Positions 38,856-49,317 of a stretch of DNA of 62,663 bases are shown piece after piece. Every line of letters starts with the position of its first letter. Position 1 is the first letter of the stretch. Location: the NCBI GenBank assembly GCA_016192455.1, contig JACPUC010000004.1:1-62663 (forward strand). Direction: 5' to 3'. Source of the stretch: Candidatus Tectimicrobiota bacterium. Lineage in GTDB: Bacteria; JACPUC01. The notes under the pieces were generated by a model, which made no database searches, was not told the DNA's origin, and worked only from the letters and a program-made list of their open reading frames with translations. The position numbers and the translations under genes are program-made.

Positions 38856-39028
38856 GGTGCTCTTCATCTCATTGCCGAAGCTGGGCCGCACCCTTGCGGA
38901 GAGTCCACCGGGGCGCCGGTGGCGCCGTCGCCCCGCGTGCAAGGGGGACGGTCCCACGATCCCGCGGGCATTCCTGAGCGGCAACCGCGCGGGCGGGGGT
39001 CGGCTTGCGTTGGGGTTGGGATGCGACG

Positions 39029-39400
39029 CTACGAGCTCGTGAGGAGTTGCGAAGTATGCTGGGCCAGCTCGCCGAAGTTGCCGTTGAAGCGGGTGGCCGT
39101 GACCGAGAGATCGTCGATGTAGTGGTAGTTGCCACCGCGCGGTTTGTTGAAGATGATCTGGTGGTACTTGAAACCGTGCGCCTTCAGCCACGCCTCGGTC
39201 ACCTCGCGGTGCTCATCGGTGCGGGCGGTGATGAAACAGACGTAGCGCCCTTCCTCGTACCAGCGGTTGACCGATTCCACCGCGCCGGGCAGAGGCGGCG
39301 TGGTGACCATCTTCTCCGGCTCTTCATTGTCAACGTGCTCGCAGATGCAGCCGTCGATATCAATCATCATGTTCTTGCGATCAGATCGCTTCACGGCCAT
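39029..39400 (-). CDS. Small capless HAD-superfamily phosphatase (LNS2-like)
   Basis: IDIDGCI, FITAR, NKPRGG, YIDD motifs; GGAGAGG RBS. Confidence 0.85.
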   Translation of the reverse strand: MAVKRSDRKNMMIDIDGCICEHVDNEEPEKMVTTPPLPGAVESVNRWYEEGRYVCFITARTDEHREVTEAWLKAHGFKYHQIIFNKPRGGNYHYIDDLSVTATRFNGNFGELAQHTSQLLTSS

Positions 39401-39656
39401 GGGGTGCACCACCTCTCCTGACATTCCCGGACAGGGGCAGTCGACCGGACAGGCATTCCCTCGCTGCAGCCAGTCTACGACGCTCACCCGCGAGAAGCAA
39501 ACCCTTTTTCAAGGTCTCCACGGCGCTCCGGCGCAGTGAACCCCACCCCTCTGAGCAGGACGTGGTCTCCTCCGAGGTCACGGTGCGCGTCATCTCTCCA
39601 TTTCAGCAGCGGGCTTCCGCTGTGATGAGTTCTCCCTCTACATCCCTCAAAAAGAG

Positions 39657-39672
39657 AGCAATCTGCGTGCCA
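39657..39672 (-). promoter_or_regulatory. Sigma54 (-24/-12) promoter
   Basis: Minus strand TGGCACGCAGATTGCT matches TGGCACG-N4-TTGCW. Confidence 0.7.
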
Positions 39673-39931
39673 CGCCCTCCCGGTCGGGAGACTGGAGCAT
39701 CGCGCATCCCCCAGCCACGGCGCTGGTTCGCAACCCGCCCCCCTGGCGCCGTTTCCGTCAGCCGACGGGGGAAGCAGCCGCAGACGTTCGCGACGCGCCG
39801 CGCGGCGCGCCGGGGTCAGCCGCGTCGCCGCCGGGAGGCGGCCGCTCTCGCCGCCTCGCTGTATGCCTTCCCGCCTGCTGTTCCGCTGCAACGGCATCCT
39901 GGCATGCTCGAACCGCCGCACGCGGCTCGAT

Positions 39932-41377
39932 CTACTCGTGCGACTTCGACCCATGGGAGCTGCTGGGCGGCGTGCGCCGCGCCACCCCGGTCTTGGTGGC
40001 CACCCTGATGACCTCCTTGGCGATATTCTTGGCCACGCGCTTATTAAAGACGCTCGGGATGATGTAATCCTCGCACAGTTCGCTCTTCGAGACGATGGAG
40101 GCGATGGCGTGCGCGGCGGAGATCTTCATCTCTTCCGTAATGCTGCGGGCGCGGCAGTCGAGGGCGCCGCGGAACATGCCGGGGAAGCAGAGGACGTTGT
40201 TGATCTGGTTGGGGAAGTCCGAGCGCCCGGTGGCGACGACGCGGGCGTACGGGGCGGCTTCATCCGGCATGATCTCGGGTACCGGGTTCGCCATGGAGAA
40301 GATGATGGGGTCGCGATTCATCTTCTTCAGCATGTCGGGAGTGACCAGGCGCGGCGCGCTCAGCCCCAGGAACAGGTCGGCGCCATCGAAGGCGTCCTTC
40401 AGGCTCCCTTTCAGGTTCTCTGGATTGCCGTTCTCGGCGAACCAGGCCTTCATGGGGTTCATGTTTTCGGTGCGATCCTTGTGGATGATGCCGGAACGAT
40501 CGCAGGCGATGACGTTCTTCACGCCGACGTTCATGAGGATCTTGGCGCAGGCCATGCCGGCGGCGCCCGCCCCGGAGATCACCACCTTCAGCTCGTCGAA
40601 CTCCTTCTTCACCACCCGCAGCGCGTTGATGGCGGCCGCCAGGACCACCACGGCCGTGCCGTGCTGATCGTCATGAAAGACGGGGATTTCGAGCAGCTCT
40701 TTCAGACGCTCCTCGATTTCGAAGCAGCGCGGCGCGGAGATATCTTCGAGGTTGACGCCTCCGAAGGTCGGCGCCAAGAGCTCCACGGTGCGCACGATCT
40801 CATCGGTATCCTTCGTGGCGAGGCAGATGGGGAAGGCATCCACACCGGCAAACTCTTTGAAGAGCATCGCCTTGCCTTCCATCACCGGCATGGCGGCCTC
40901 CGGGCCGATGTCGCCCAGACCAAGCACGGCCGTGCCGTCGGAGACCACCGCCACCGTGTTGGCGCGGATCGTCAGATTGAACGACTTGCTGTGATCTTCC
41001 GCAATCGCCAGGCAGACCCGAGCCACGCCGGGGGTGTAGGCCATGGAGAGGTCGTCGCGGGTCTTCACCGGGGTCTTCGACTTCACTTCAATCTTGCCGC
41101 CAAGGTGGAGCAAGAAGGTGCGATCCGAGACGTTGACAATGGAGACCCCGGAGAGCCCTTTGATCTTGGCGATGAGATCCTGGGAATGCTGCTCGTTGCG
41201 GGTGTCCACGGTGATGTCGCGCGTCACCGTGGTGCGGCTGACCTGAACGATATCAATCGCGCCGATATCGCCACCAGCTTCGCCAATGGCGTTCGTTACC
41301 TTGCCAAGCATGCCGACCTGGTTTGTGAGTTCAAGTCGAAGCGTCAACCCGTACTGCGCGCTCGTCATGCCAGCCAT
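39932..41377 (-). CDS. NAD(P)-dependent malic enzyme with N-terminal ACT domain
   Basis: AYTPGVA, DGTAVLGLGDIGP, VMEGK, NLEDISAP, HDDQHGTA, GAGAAG, TGRSDFPNQINN. Confidence 0.96.
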   Translation of the reverse strand: MAGMTSAQYGLTLRLELTNQVGMLGKVTNAIGEAGGDIGAIDIVQVSRTTVTRDITVDTRNEQHSQDLIAKIKGLSGVSIVNVSDRTFLLHLGGKIEVKSKTPVKTRDDLSMAYTPGVARVCLAIAEDHSKSFNLTIRANTVAVVSDGTAVLGLGDIGPEAAMPVMEGKAMLFKEFAGVDAFPICLATKDTDEIVRTVELLAPTFGGVNLEDISAPRCFEIEERLKELLEIPVFHDDQHGTAVVVLAAAINALRVVKKEFDELKVVISGAGAAGMACAKILMNVGVKNVIACDRSGIIHKDRTENMNPMKAWFAENGNPENLKGSLKDAFDGADLFLGLSAPRLVTPDMLKKMNRDPIIFSMANPVPEIMPDEAAPYARVVATGRSDFPNQINNVLCFPGMFRGALDCRARSITEEMKISAAHAIASIVSKSELCEDYIIPSVFNKRVAKNIAKEVIRVATKTGVARRTPPSSSHGSKSHE

Positions 41378-42363
41378 GAAACAGTACCTCCACGGGAGTC
41401 AAGGTTGCCAAGAGGATGCAACGGGGTTTGCTTGATGGCTCTTGGTGGTTAAGGGTGACGGCACGGGAGAGGAGGCGAGCAACGGTCCAGGTCTGCGCCC
41501 AGCCGCAGTCGAGGCACGCGGGTTGCCACCTGGGAAGCTGCCGTCCTGCGGCGCGGGCAGCTCCATCTCTCACCCCAGGTGACCGCCCGGTCGAACCCAG
41601 CAGGTGCGGCCATTCCTCGCCCCAGCCGCCGGACGGCGGTGGGAGGAACCTCATGTCAGCGCCAACTGAGCGCGTCCCGGCATGCTGCCGCTCTCACGAG
41701 ACCCCGGTAGGAAGTGAAAATTCCAAGAACAACATATATCTAGGCACCTTACCCGTCAATCCCAATTCCGCCGCGCAGCCCGCCTGGGGCCGCCGGAAGT
41801 CCGCGCCGGAGACTCGCGTCGCCCGCGGCTACGCTGCGGACCTGAGGGCTCAGCCCCACGAGCCTGAGGTTCCAGCAGCCCACGCCTCCCACCCTGGGCC
41901 GCCACACTCCCTCACGTTGCTCGTCGGGAGGCGTCCACGGCGAGGGGTGACCGTCAGCGCGCCGCCGGGCATGAGGGCGCCTCACCCGAGCTTCTCCCCT
42001 GGTAGAGATCCCAGCCGGCAAACCTCGAAGGCGTGCAAGAACTGCTCCGCCGTCGCGTCCTTATTTATGTGGAGAAGAGCGCTGGGACACCGCCACGCCG
42101 GCGGAAGGCGAGGATGACCGCGGGGCTGGCGGAGAAGGACGGCGGCAAGCAGGGCTGAGGTGCGCGCAGCGTTGCGCATCGTCCTCTGCAAGGAAGCAAC
42201 TCTCTTGACTTTGCGGCAGTGATTCGCTTACTAAAAGAATTGGGAAGTCATCTCTGCGCCATCCCTCGAAGCTGCTTTACGCCAGTGCCGCAGAGGGGCC
42301 ACGCCTCGCACCAAGGTTCCCGAACCAAGCGCCGAGTGCACTCAGGAGGGAGGACGAGACACC

Positions 42364-45300
42364 ATGGCGTCGCACCGACGGGGAGGCCCATTGCGCTGGG
42401 TGGCTCGCCGCGCGCGGCGGAGTGATCGACCTGGGGCGCTCCTCCCGCGCAGCGTGCGCCGGACGCTCGGCATCACGCTCATCGTCGTGCTCTGCCTCTC
42501 GCTCTCGGCAGCCGCGGAAGCCCAATCATCCCTTTCCGTCACCCCGGCATCGGCGGACGTGCCGATCTTCGGCCGCCGAGAGTTCACCGTCAGCGGCGCG
42601 ACGCAGTCGGTGAGTTGCACTCCCCTGTCATCCGACCAAGGTTCGTGCCGCGCCAGCTCCACCGAGCGCAACGTTATTATCTATACCGCTCCTGCTGTCC
42701 TTCCCTCCAATCGAACGCGCCGCGCTTTCCAGCTCCACATCACGGAGATCGGCACCACCGCCGCCATCGACGTGCCGATTCAACTGCTTGCCGGCATCGA
42801 CCCGATCTCCGCCTCGGTGCTGCCGGGAGGGACGCAGGAGTTCCGGGCCCGGCTCGACTCGCCGCCCTACACCTGGTCGGTGGACCGCGGCGGCTCGTTG
42901 AGCGCCACCAGCGGCGACACCACGGTGTTCACCGCCGGCTCGACCGCCGGCGCCTTTACCCTCACCGTGCGGAACGATCTCGGCGAGAGTGACCGCGCCA
43001 CCATCAATGTGACGGCCACGCGCATCTCGGTCACCAACCGCACGGCGAGCACCGGCGCCCGCAACGTGCGCGTGCAGGTGGTGAGCAACGAGGCCCTGAA
43101 CCTTGGCGCGTACACCTTCCTCCTGCGCTACGACGTGAACGTCCTGCGCGCCACCGGCGGCGAAGGCCCCGCCGGCGGCTTTGTCAACTCCGCGCCCATC
43201 AACCGGCCGGCCGGCACCGTGGTGGCCAACTTCGCCAGCGCCTCCGGCCTGCAGGTGGCCGCCGGGGGGCGTATCTTCGAGGTGACGTTCGATATCTTGC
43301 CGACCGCGTCGCAAGGGGAGTCCCTCCTGACGCTCGAGGCCGAGAACCTGCAGAACCCAAGCGGAGCGGCCATTGCCGCGCTGATCGAGGGGGGCGCGAT
43401 CACCATCGAGCAGGGAGGGAGCATCCAGGGGAGCGTGCGCGATGCCGCCGGCAACCCGATCGTCAACGCCCTGATCACGGCCAGCGGCACGGCGGGTGAG
43501 TTCACCACCAACAGTGGCGCGACCGGCTCCTTCAGCCTCACGGGCGTCTCCCCCGGCGCCTACACCTTGAGCGCCAGCGCCGCAGGCTTCCTGCAACGCG
43601 AGGTGCAGAATCTCCCCGTCACGTCCGGGCAGACCACGACCTCCAACTTCACCCTCGAGGCAGCCGAGGGAACCCTGCAGGGCCAGGTCACGGCACAGGA
43701 TACGAGCCAGCCGATCGCGGGCGCCTTCGTGCGCATCGGCCGCGTCGGCCCCACCACCGCCACCGACGCCGAGGGCCGCTACCGCTTCGAGGCCCTCCGT
43801 CCCGGCGAGGTGACGGTGATCGCGGGAGCGCCCGCCTTTACCGAGGTCTCGCAAGAGGTCACCATCGTCGGGGGCGGCTCGACGACGCACGACATCGCCC
43901 TGGCACGCGCCCTCGGCAACCTGCGCGGCTTCGTGCGCGCCGCCGAAACGGCTGAACCCGTTCCAGGGGCGACGGTGCGCGTGGAGGGGTTTGAGAACCT
44001 CTCGGCGCGGAGCGATCCCGCCGGCAGCTACGTCCTCCAGAATGTGCCCACCATCCCGGTGAACCTCCTGGTTACGGCGCCGGGCTATCTTCCCCTGACG
44101 ACGCGCAATGTGCTGGTGCGCCCGAATACCTTCACGCCCTTGAACCTCCTCCTGACTTCGCAGCGCAATGCCTCGATCAGCGGCATCGTGCGCTCGTCGC
44201 TCACGGGCCGGGAACTCGCCGACATTCCGATCATGGTCACGGCGACCGATGGCGTGCAGCGCAGCTCCGCGACAGACAGCCGCGGCAACTACACCATCGG
44301 CGAGCTCCCCACCGGCAGGTTCCTGGTTGCCCCGGATACGACAGGGTTTCTGCCCACCTGCCGCCTGGCGGTGCGTCCGCGCTTGCCTGCCCTCAGCCCC
44401 ACCTGCGGCGCCGACCTCCTCCTGGAGGCCGGCAGCAGCCGCAACATCGACTTCATCCTCCAGCCCAGCCTGGGAGCCATGCAGGGAGTGGTGCGCAATG
44501 CCGCCACCCTGCAGCCGATCGAGGGCGCCCGCGTGACAACCCAACGGGGCGGCTTGCGGGCCACCACGGATGCGCAGGGGAGGTTCACCCTGAGCGGTCT
44601 GCCGCCGGATACCTGGATCATGGTCGCCACCGCTGCCGGTTTCGGCTTCAGCCGCGAGGCCACGGTCGAGGTGCGGGGCGGGGAGACGGCCGCGGTGGAG
44701 ATGGAGCTGAATCCGCGCCCGACGGTCTCCGAGGTCTCGCCTGCTTCCGGCGCCAGCGGCGGAACGGTTGAGCTCACCATGCAAGGATCGGGATTCCTCG
44801 CCGGCATCAGCGCCTCGCTGCGCCGCCGCGATGCCGAGCCGATCGCCGCAACCTCGACGACCCTCGTCAGCGCCACGCAACTGAGGGCCACGTTCTCCCT
44901 GGCGAACGTGGAGCCAAGCACGTACGCCGCCGTGGTGACGAACACGGATGGTCAGGTCGGCGTCTTGCCGGAAGGGTTTCAAGTGAACGCCGTCGCCTCG
45001 GGCTCCGCCAGCTCGGCAACCCCCTTCGTGACCACTGTTACGAACCCCACCGAGGGCGCCACGATCAGACTGGTGGTGAACATCGGCAGCGCCGCGTCGG
45101 CGCAGGTGGTGGTGACCTTCCCCGACGGCAGCAGCCGCACCTTCCAGGTCACCACCAGCAACCAAGCCATTGAGATTGCCGACGCTCCCGCCGGCACCTT
45201 CACCATCAGCCTCACCCTGGGCAGCGCCAGCGCCGCCAGCCGGTCCGGCAAGGGAACAACCTCTCTCTCCTCCGTCGAGCTGAAGGGTCAGGGGGGATCG

Positions 45301-46206
45301 CAGAGCGTCTCCATCTCCTCCACCGTGATTGAAGGCATCGGCGTCATCACCGGCCGCACCTTCGACGATTTCTCCGGGAACGGCCTGACCGGGGTGGAGC
45401 TGAGGTCGAACACCGGCGGGCTGTCGGTGAGCGCCGATGGCTTCTACCTGCTCACCGTGCCGGCGGGGCTCACCACCATCACGGCCTCGCTGGAGAGCTT
45501 CCAGAGCGCCACCACCCAAGGCGTGGAGGTGCAGGGCGGCAATACGCAACTGCTGGATATCCCCCTCACCCCGGTGAGCTCGCTCGTCATCAACTCCGGC
45601 AATGAGCAGAGCGGCCTGCCGGGCGCCACCCTGCCCCAACCGCTGGTCGTGCAGCTCACCCAGCAGGCGGAGCCGGTGGTCGGCGCCTTGATTCAGTTCT
45701 CCATCGAACGTGGGGGAGGACAGTTCGCCGAGAGCGCTGCGCGGGTGGAGGTGCAGACGGATCGTGAAGGCAAGGCGCAGGCGGAGGTCACCCTCGGCGA
45801 GGCAGGAGCGAATGAGGTCAAGGCGCTCTTCGTCGCCGGCGGCGACGAGGTCACCTTCATCGCCCAGGCCGCGGGCCGAAGCAACACCACCGTGACGATC
45901 AGCCCGGGGAGCGGGCCGCTCGATGAGCCGTTCGATTTCTCCTTCACGGTGCAAGAGAACGGCGGCCTGGAGCAGCTCGATCTCGACTCCTTCACCTTCC
46001 TCATCAACGACATCGATATTGCCCAACCCATTCTGGACCTTATTCTTCTTGGGGTCGTGCCGGTGGAGGTGGTGGGCGCCGATGGCGTCCGCGTCACCTT
46101 CGCCAACATTTCGGGGCTGCCGAGCGGCGAGACGCGGGTGATGATCAGTATTGGCGATCAAGGAGGGGGGCGCGGGAGCGCCAGCGCCACCTACGCCCGC
46201 CCCTAG
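42364..46206 (+). CDS. Large secreted multidomain protein: Ig-like, cohesin-like, carboxypeptidase-regulatory-like repeats, IPT/TIG, Big_1-like, C-terminal domain
   Basis: Signal peptide ending AAAEA; cohesin-like segment about 43020-43410; repeats starting GSIQGSV, GTLQGQV, GNLRGFV, ASISGIV, GAMQGVV, GVITGRT; PTVSEVSP..G; SGNEQSG. Confidence 0.88.
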   Translation: MASHRRGGPLRWVARRARRSDRPGALLPRSVRRTLGITLIVVLCLSLSAAAEAQSSLSVTPASADVPIFGRREFTVSGATQSVSCTPLSSDQGSCRASSTERNVIIYTAPAVLPSNRTRRAFQLHITEIGTTAAIDVPIQLLAGIDPISASVLPGGTQEFRARLDSPPYTWSVDRGGSLSATSGDTTVFTAGSTAGAFTLTVRNDLGESDRATINVTATRISVTNRTASTGARNVRVQVVSNEALNLGAYTFLLRYDVNVLRATGGEGPAGGFVNSAPINRPAGTVVANFASASGLQVAAGGRIFEVTFDILPTASQGESLLTLEAENLQNPSGAAIAALIEGGAITIEQGGSIQGSVRDAAGNPIVNALITASGTAGEFTTNSGATGSFSLTGVSPGAYTLSASAAGFLQREVQNLPVTSGQTTTSNFTLEAAEGTLQGQVTAQDTSQPIAGAFVRIGRVGPTTATDAEGRYRFEALRPGEVTVIAGAPAFTEVSQEVTIVGGGSTTHDIALARALGNLRGFVRAAETAEPVPGATVRVEGFENLSARSDPAGSYVLQNVPTIPVNLLVTAPGYLPLTTRNVLVRPNTFTPLNLLLTSQRNASISGIVRSSLTGRELADIPIMVTATDGVQRSSATDSRGNYTIGELPTGRFLVAPDTTGFLPTCRLAVRPRLPALSPTCGADLLLEAGSSRNIDFILQPSLGAMQGVVRNAATLQPIEGARVTTQRGGLRATTDAQGRFTLSGLPPDTWIMVATAAGFGFSREATVEVRGGETAAVEMELNPRPTVSEVSPASGASGGTVELTMQGSGFLAGISASLRRRDAEPIAATSTTLVSATQLRATFSLANVEPSTYAAVVTNTDGQVGVLPEGFQVNAVASGSASSATPFVTTVTNPTEGATIRLVVNIGSAASAQVVVTFPDGSSRTFQVTTSNQAIEIADAPAGTFTISLTLGSASAASRSGKGTTSLSSVELKGQGGSQSVSISSTVIEGIGVITGRTFDDFSGNGLTGVELRSNTGGLSVSADGFYLLTVPAGLTTITASLESFQSATTQGVEVQGGNTQLLDIPLTPVSSLVINSGNEQSGLPGATLPQPLVVQLTQQAEPVVGALIQFSIERGGGQFAESAARVEVQTDREGKAQAEVTLGEAGANEVKALFVAGGDEVTFIAQAAGRSNTTVTISPGSGPLDEPFDFSFTVQENGGLEQLDLDSFTFLINDIDIAQPILDLILLGVVPVEVVGADGVRVTFANISGLPSGETRVMISIGDQGGGRGSASATYARP

Positions 46207-46676
46207 GCTGAACGAGCCGGGGAATGGCTCCCCCCTGCCCTACCCCGCGGCCCTGGTTGGGGCGCCGCGGCGCCGGGGCGCACCTCGTCCCGGCGGGACG
46301 CTGCTCCAAAGCGCGGCATCGGCCCGGCTCCACAGGAAGCGGTAGGCTCGCCTCTTTCCTCATCCGCCGGCCGGCGTCAAGAGAGCTGCCGCTCCAGACA
46401 GGGAGCATGGACCACGCTGGCGCATTCCTGCTGCTCGCGTCCGGCGTTGGCAGCCAATCCTACCGCGCCGCGGCGCCCCGCCCGCACCCCCACCTTCCGC
46501 ACCAATCCGTGGCAAGGGCAGACGCTCACCTGCTCCGCGCGGAGGCATGGTCGCGCCGGCGCGCCGTTCGCCCAGCTCGTGTTCAAGCCCCGGTCCGGTG
46601 AGGGACGGAACGCGAGCGGCGGGTTGGGTGCAGAGGCGAGGGTCGGCGCTGCGCGAGGAGCGCGAGGGGCTGCCGC

Positions 46677-47513
46677 ATGGCAGGCGAGCCGATGATCAAT
46701 GCCGCGCCAACGGACGAAGACCTGACGGCGCGGCTTGCGGCAGGGGCGGAACAGGAGCGCCTGGCGGCCCTTGCAGCCGTCGCCAGGCGCGGCGATGCGC
46801 CACGGCTCCCCTCGCCCCTGGCCGCGGCCCTGCTGCGGACGCTGGCGGACCGGAGCACGACGGTGCGCCTCGCGGCAGCGGCGCACCTGACGAAACTCTG
46901 CCGGACCTCGGCGTCCTGGCGTGGCGCGTTGGAAACCGCCCTCGAGGCGCAGGATGAGCGCTTGCGCTGGGGAGCCACTTACGCGCTGTCGGTCGCCGGC
47001 CACGGCGGTCCGCAGCTCTTTGCCGCCGCGTTCGCCGCCCTGGCGAGCGACGACGGCGATGTGCGCTGGGCCGCGAAGAAGCTTGTGGTGCGGCTCCTCG
47101 AGGCGGATGCCGCCCTGGCGTCGCGCCTTCTTCAGCCGGCGGCGGAGCTGCCGCCGCAGCAGCGCAAGATGGTCTGCTACTGCCTGCGGGATGCCGGCGT
47201 CACCTCCGCGGAGGCGCGTGGCTACTTGTTGGAGCGACTGACCGACCCGGCGGCGCTCGTGCGGGCCGCGGCGATCTCCGCCCTGGGCGCCCTGTGGCCG
47301 CAGAGCGAGGAGGTGGCGGCCGCCTTCCTCGAGCGGCTGCGGAGCGAGCCCGATGGCGCCGCGCTGAAGGTGCTCGTGGCGACCTGCGGCGCCATGCGCT
47401 GCAGCGCCGCGCGGCTCGCCGGCGAGCTCGCGGGGTTCCAGCAAGCTGCCGATCAGGGGCTGCGCAAGGCGGCGAGGCTGGCGCTGCGCCGGCTGGCGGC
47501 CGCGCCGAGCTGA
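46677..47513 (+). CDS. HEAT-repeat protein
   Basis: Repeated LAD...VRLAAA, DERLRWGA, DGDVRWAA, DPAALVRAAA units. Confidence 0.8.
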   Translation: MAGEPMINAAPTDEDLTARLAAGAEQERLAALAAVARRGDAPRLPSPLAAALLRTLADRSTTVRLAAAAHLTKLCRTSASWRGALETALEAQDERLRWGATYALSVAGHGGPQLFAAAFAALASDDGDVRWAAKKLVVRLLEADAALASRLLQPAAELPPQQRKMVCYCLRDAGVTSAEARGYLLERLTDPAALVRAAAISALGALWPQSEEVAAAFLERLRSEPDGAALKVLVATCGAMRCSAARLAGELAGFQQAADQGLRKAARLALRRLAAAPS

Positions 47514-47627
47514 TCGCCCTCCGGCCGCGCGCGGCCGCGCCCCCGGCTCCCCCGAAGCGCCGCGGCGGAGCGCTGGGGCGCTGGGCGCCGCACCGCGGGC
47601 GAATCCTCAGGGGAGGAGCGCCACACC

Positions 47628-47987
47628 ATGGAGTGGATTCGCGACCTCTTCGCGCCCTACCTGCGGAAGCAGCTCACGAAGCGGCAGGGTGACGACCCGA
47701 GCGAGGCGGAGCTGGAGCAGGCATTCCGGGACCTCTTGCCGCGCACCACAGCCACCATCCTCGTGCAAGAGCCTTTCCACGACTCCGTCCGCTTCAAGGG
47801 CCTGGCCCGGCTGCGCGCCGATGAGATGGGTGAACTCCTGCAGGATCCCATGGGCTTCCTGCAACGCACCTTCGGGGGCGGCAAGTTCAAGGTCAACTTC
47901 CATGAGGGCTGGAATTTCGTCGCCACGATCAACTTCAAACCACAGGGCCCGCCGGCCTGGCGGGAGCTGCCGGCGATCGAGTACTGA
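47628..47987 (+). CDS. Hypothetical protein
   Basis: GGAGG RBS, host-like codon usage, globular composition; no family recognised. Confidence 0.75.
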   Translation: MEWIRDLFAPYLRKQLTKRQGDDPSEAELEQAFRDLLPRTTATILVQEPFHDSVRFKGLARLRADEMGELLQDPMGFLQRTFGGGKFKVNFHEGWNFVATINFKPQGPPAWRELPAIEY

Positions 47988-48067
47988 CCGGGAGCAACGA
48001 CGAGCCCGCCGCGCGACGCGGTCCGTCCGCCGTGGCTTGCCGCGCTCCGCGGCGAAGGAGGAAGAGC

Positions 48068-48919
48068 ATGGACATTCCAACCGGGGCGCGGGAGGGGACG
48101 GTGGCCGGAGCCGGCGTGGAGCTGCGCTACCTGGAGTGGGGGGAGGCGAAGAATCCCGCCCTGGTGCTCCTGCACGGCTTCATGAGCCACGCCCGCACGT
48201 GGGATACCTTCAGCGGCGCGGCCGCGGCTCGCTTCCACGTCATCGCGCTGGATCAGCGCGGGCATGGGAACAGCGGCTGGCCACAAGAGCCTGACTACGC
48301 GCCGGAGCATTACGCGGCCGACCTCGAGGCCGCGATCGAGGCGCTGCGGCTGGCCCCCGCCGTCCTCGTCGGCCACTCGATGGGGGGCCGGACCGCCGCT
48401 ATCTCCGCCGCCGCGCACCCCGAGCGCGTCAGCAAGCTGGTCATCGTCGATACCCCGCCCGAGCCGTCGCCGCTGCTGCAACAGATGCGCGCCGAGGCGC
48501 TGCGGAACCCGCCGCCGGAGAACCCGCAGCACCCGCGGTTCACGACTGTCGAGGAGGTCGTGACGTCGGCCATGGCGGAGTACCCTCTGACGCCCGAGCC
48601 CCTCCTGCGGCACGCCACCCGCCATAACCTGAAGCGGCTTCCCAACGGCACGTATACCTGGAAGCACGATCCGCGGCTGTTCCACAGCTTCCTGCGCGCC
48701 AAGCAGTTCGACCTCTATGCGGAACTCGCCAAGCTGCGCTGTCCGACTCTCCTTGTGCGCGGCAGTGAAAGCCCCATGCTCTCCGAAGATTGGGCGCGCA
48801 AGATGGTCTCCTGCACCCCCCGCTGCACCTACGTGGTTATTCAGGGAGCGGCGCACGACGTCTGCATGTGCCAACCTGACGCCTTCAACCGCGAGGTCCT
48901 GAAGTTCCTGGCCGGCTAG
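48068..48919 (+). CDS. Alpha/beta hydrolase
   Basis: LLHGF, DQRGHG, GHSMGG nucleophile elbow, AAHDV. Confidence 0.92.
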   Translation: MDIPTGAREGTVAGAGVELRYLEWGEAKNPALVLLHGFMSHARTWDTFSGAAAARFHVIALDQRGHGNSGWPQEPDYAPEHYAADLEAAIEALRLAPAVLVGHSMGGRTAAISAAAHPERVSKLVIVDTPPEPSPLLQQMRAEALRNPPPENPQHPRFTTVEEVVTSAMAEYPLTPEPLLRHATRHNLKRLPNGTYTWKHDPRLFHSFLRAKQFDLYAELAKLRCPTLLVRGSESPMLSEDWARKMVSCTPRCTYVVIQGAAHDVCMCQPDAFNREVLKFLAG

Positions 48920-49164
48920 CCGCGGCACTGCCACGCTCCCCGCCCTCTTGGCGGCGCCGCAGGAGTCTATGCCGTGAGCTGCGTCCTCGGCGCGCACCGC
49001 CCCTCGTCAGGCGGCGAGGGGCGGTTGTTGGTGTCCCCAGCCGGGCGGCTCCGCCGCGTTGCCGCCGGCAAAGCGCGCCGCAGACCCTGTCTCGAAAATA
49101 AGCGTCTACGTGGTTGATTTGACGTGATGGTGAGGCTGACGGTCGGGGGGCCAGTCTCCTTCAC

Positions 49165-49303
49165 CTCTGCGTTCTCTGCGCCTCCGCGGTTCAATGAGGT
49201 GCACCGCGGAGACGCAGAGGGCACGGAGAAGGTAGGGGAAGGAACCACAGATGGACACGGGTTCACAAAAATAGCAGCGTCCATCCGTGTTCATCAGTGG
49301 TTC
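49165..49303. repeat. Two stacked imperfect inverted-repeat pairs with 9-nt periodicity
   Basis: CTCTGCGTTCTCTGCGCCTCCGCGGT / ACCGCGGAGACGCAGAGGGCACGGAG and GAACCACAGATGGACACGG / CCGTGTTCATCAGTGGTTC. Confidence 0.75.
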
Positions 49304-49317
49304 TTTGCCTTCCGCTG

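Noticed and set aside
41725-41745. NrdR-box-like ACATATATCTAG
   Set aside because: Spacing is off consensus, it is a single copy, and no ribonucleotide reductase gene is nearby.
41416-42200. Genes or ncRNA in the long intergenic region before the surface protein
   Set aside because: ORFs look like GC noise, and I could not recognise an RNA family by eye.
42628-46161. Very long antisense ORFs (also 20122-22407, 57326-60520, 4297-6285, 8462-10048, 32832-34517)
   Set aside because: Shadows of well-supported genes in high-GC DNA; no motifs.
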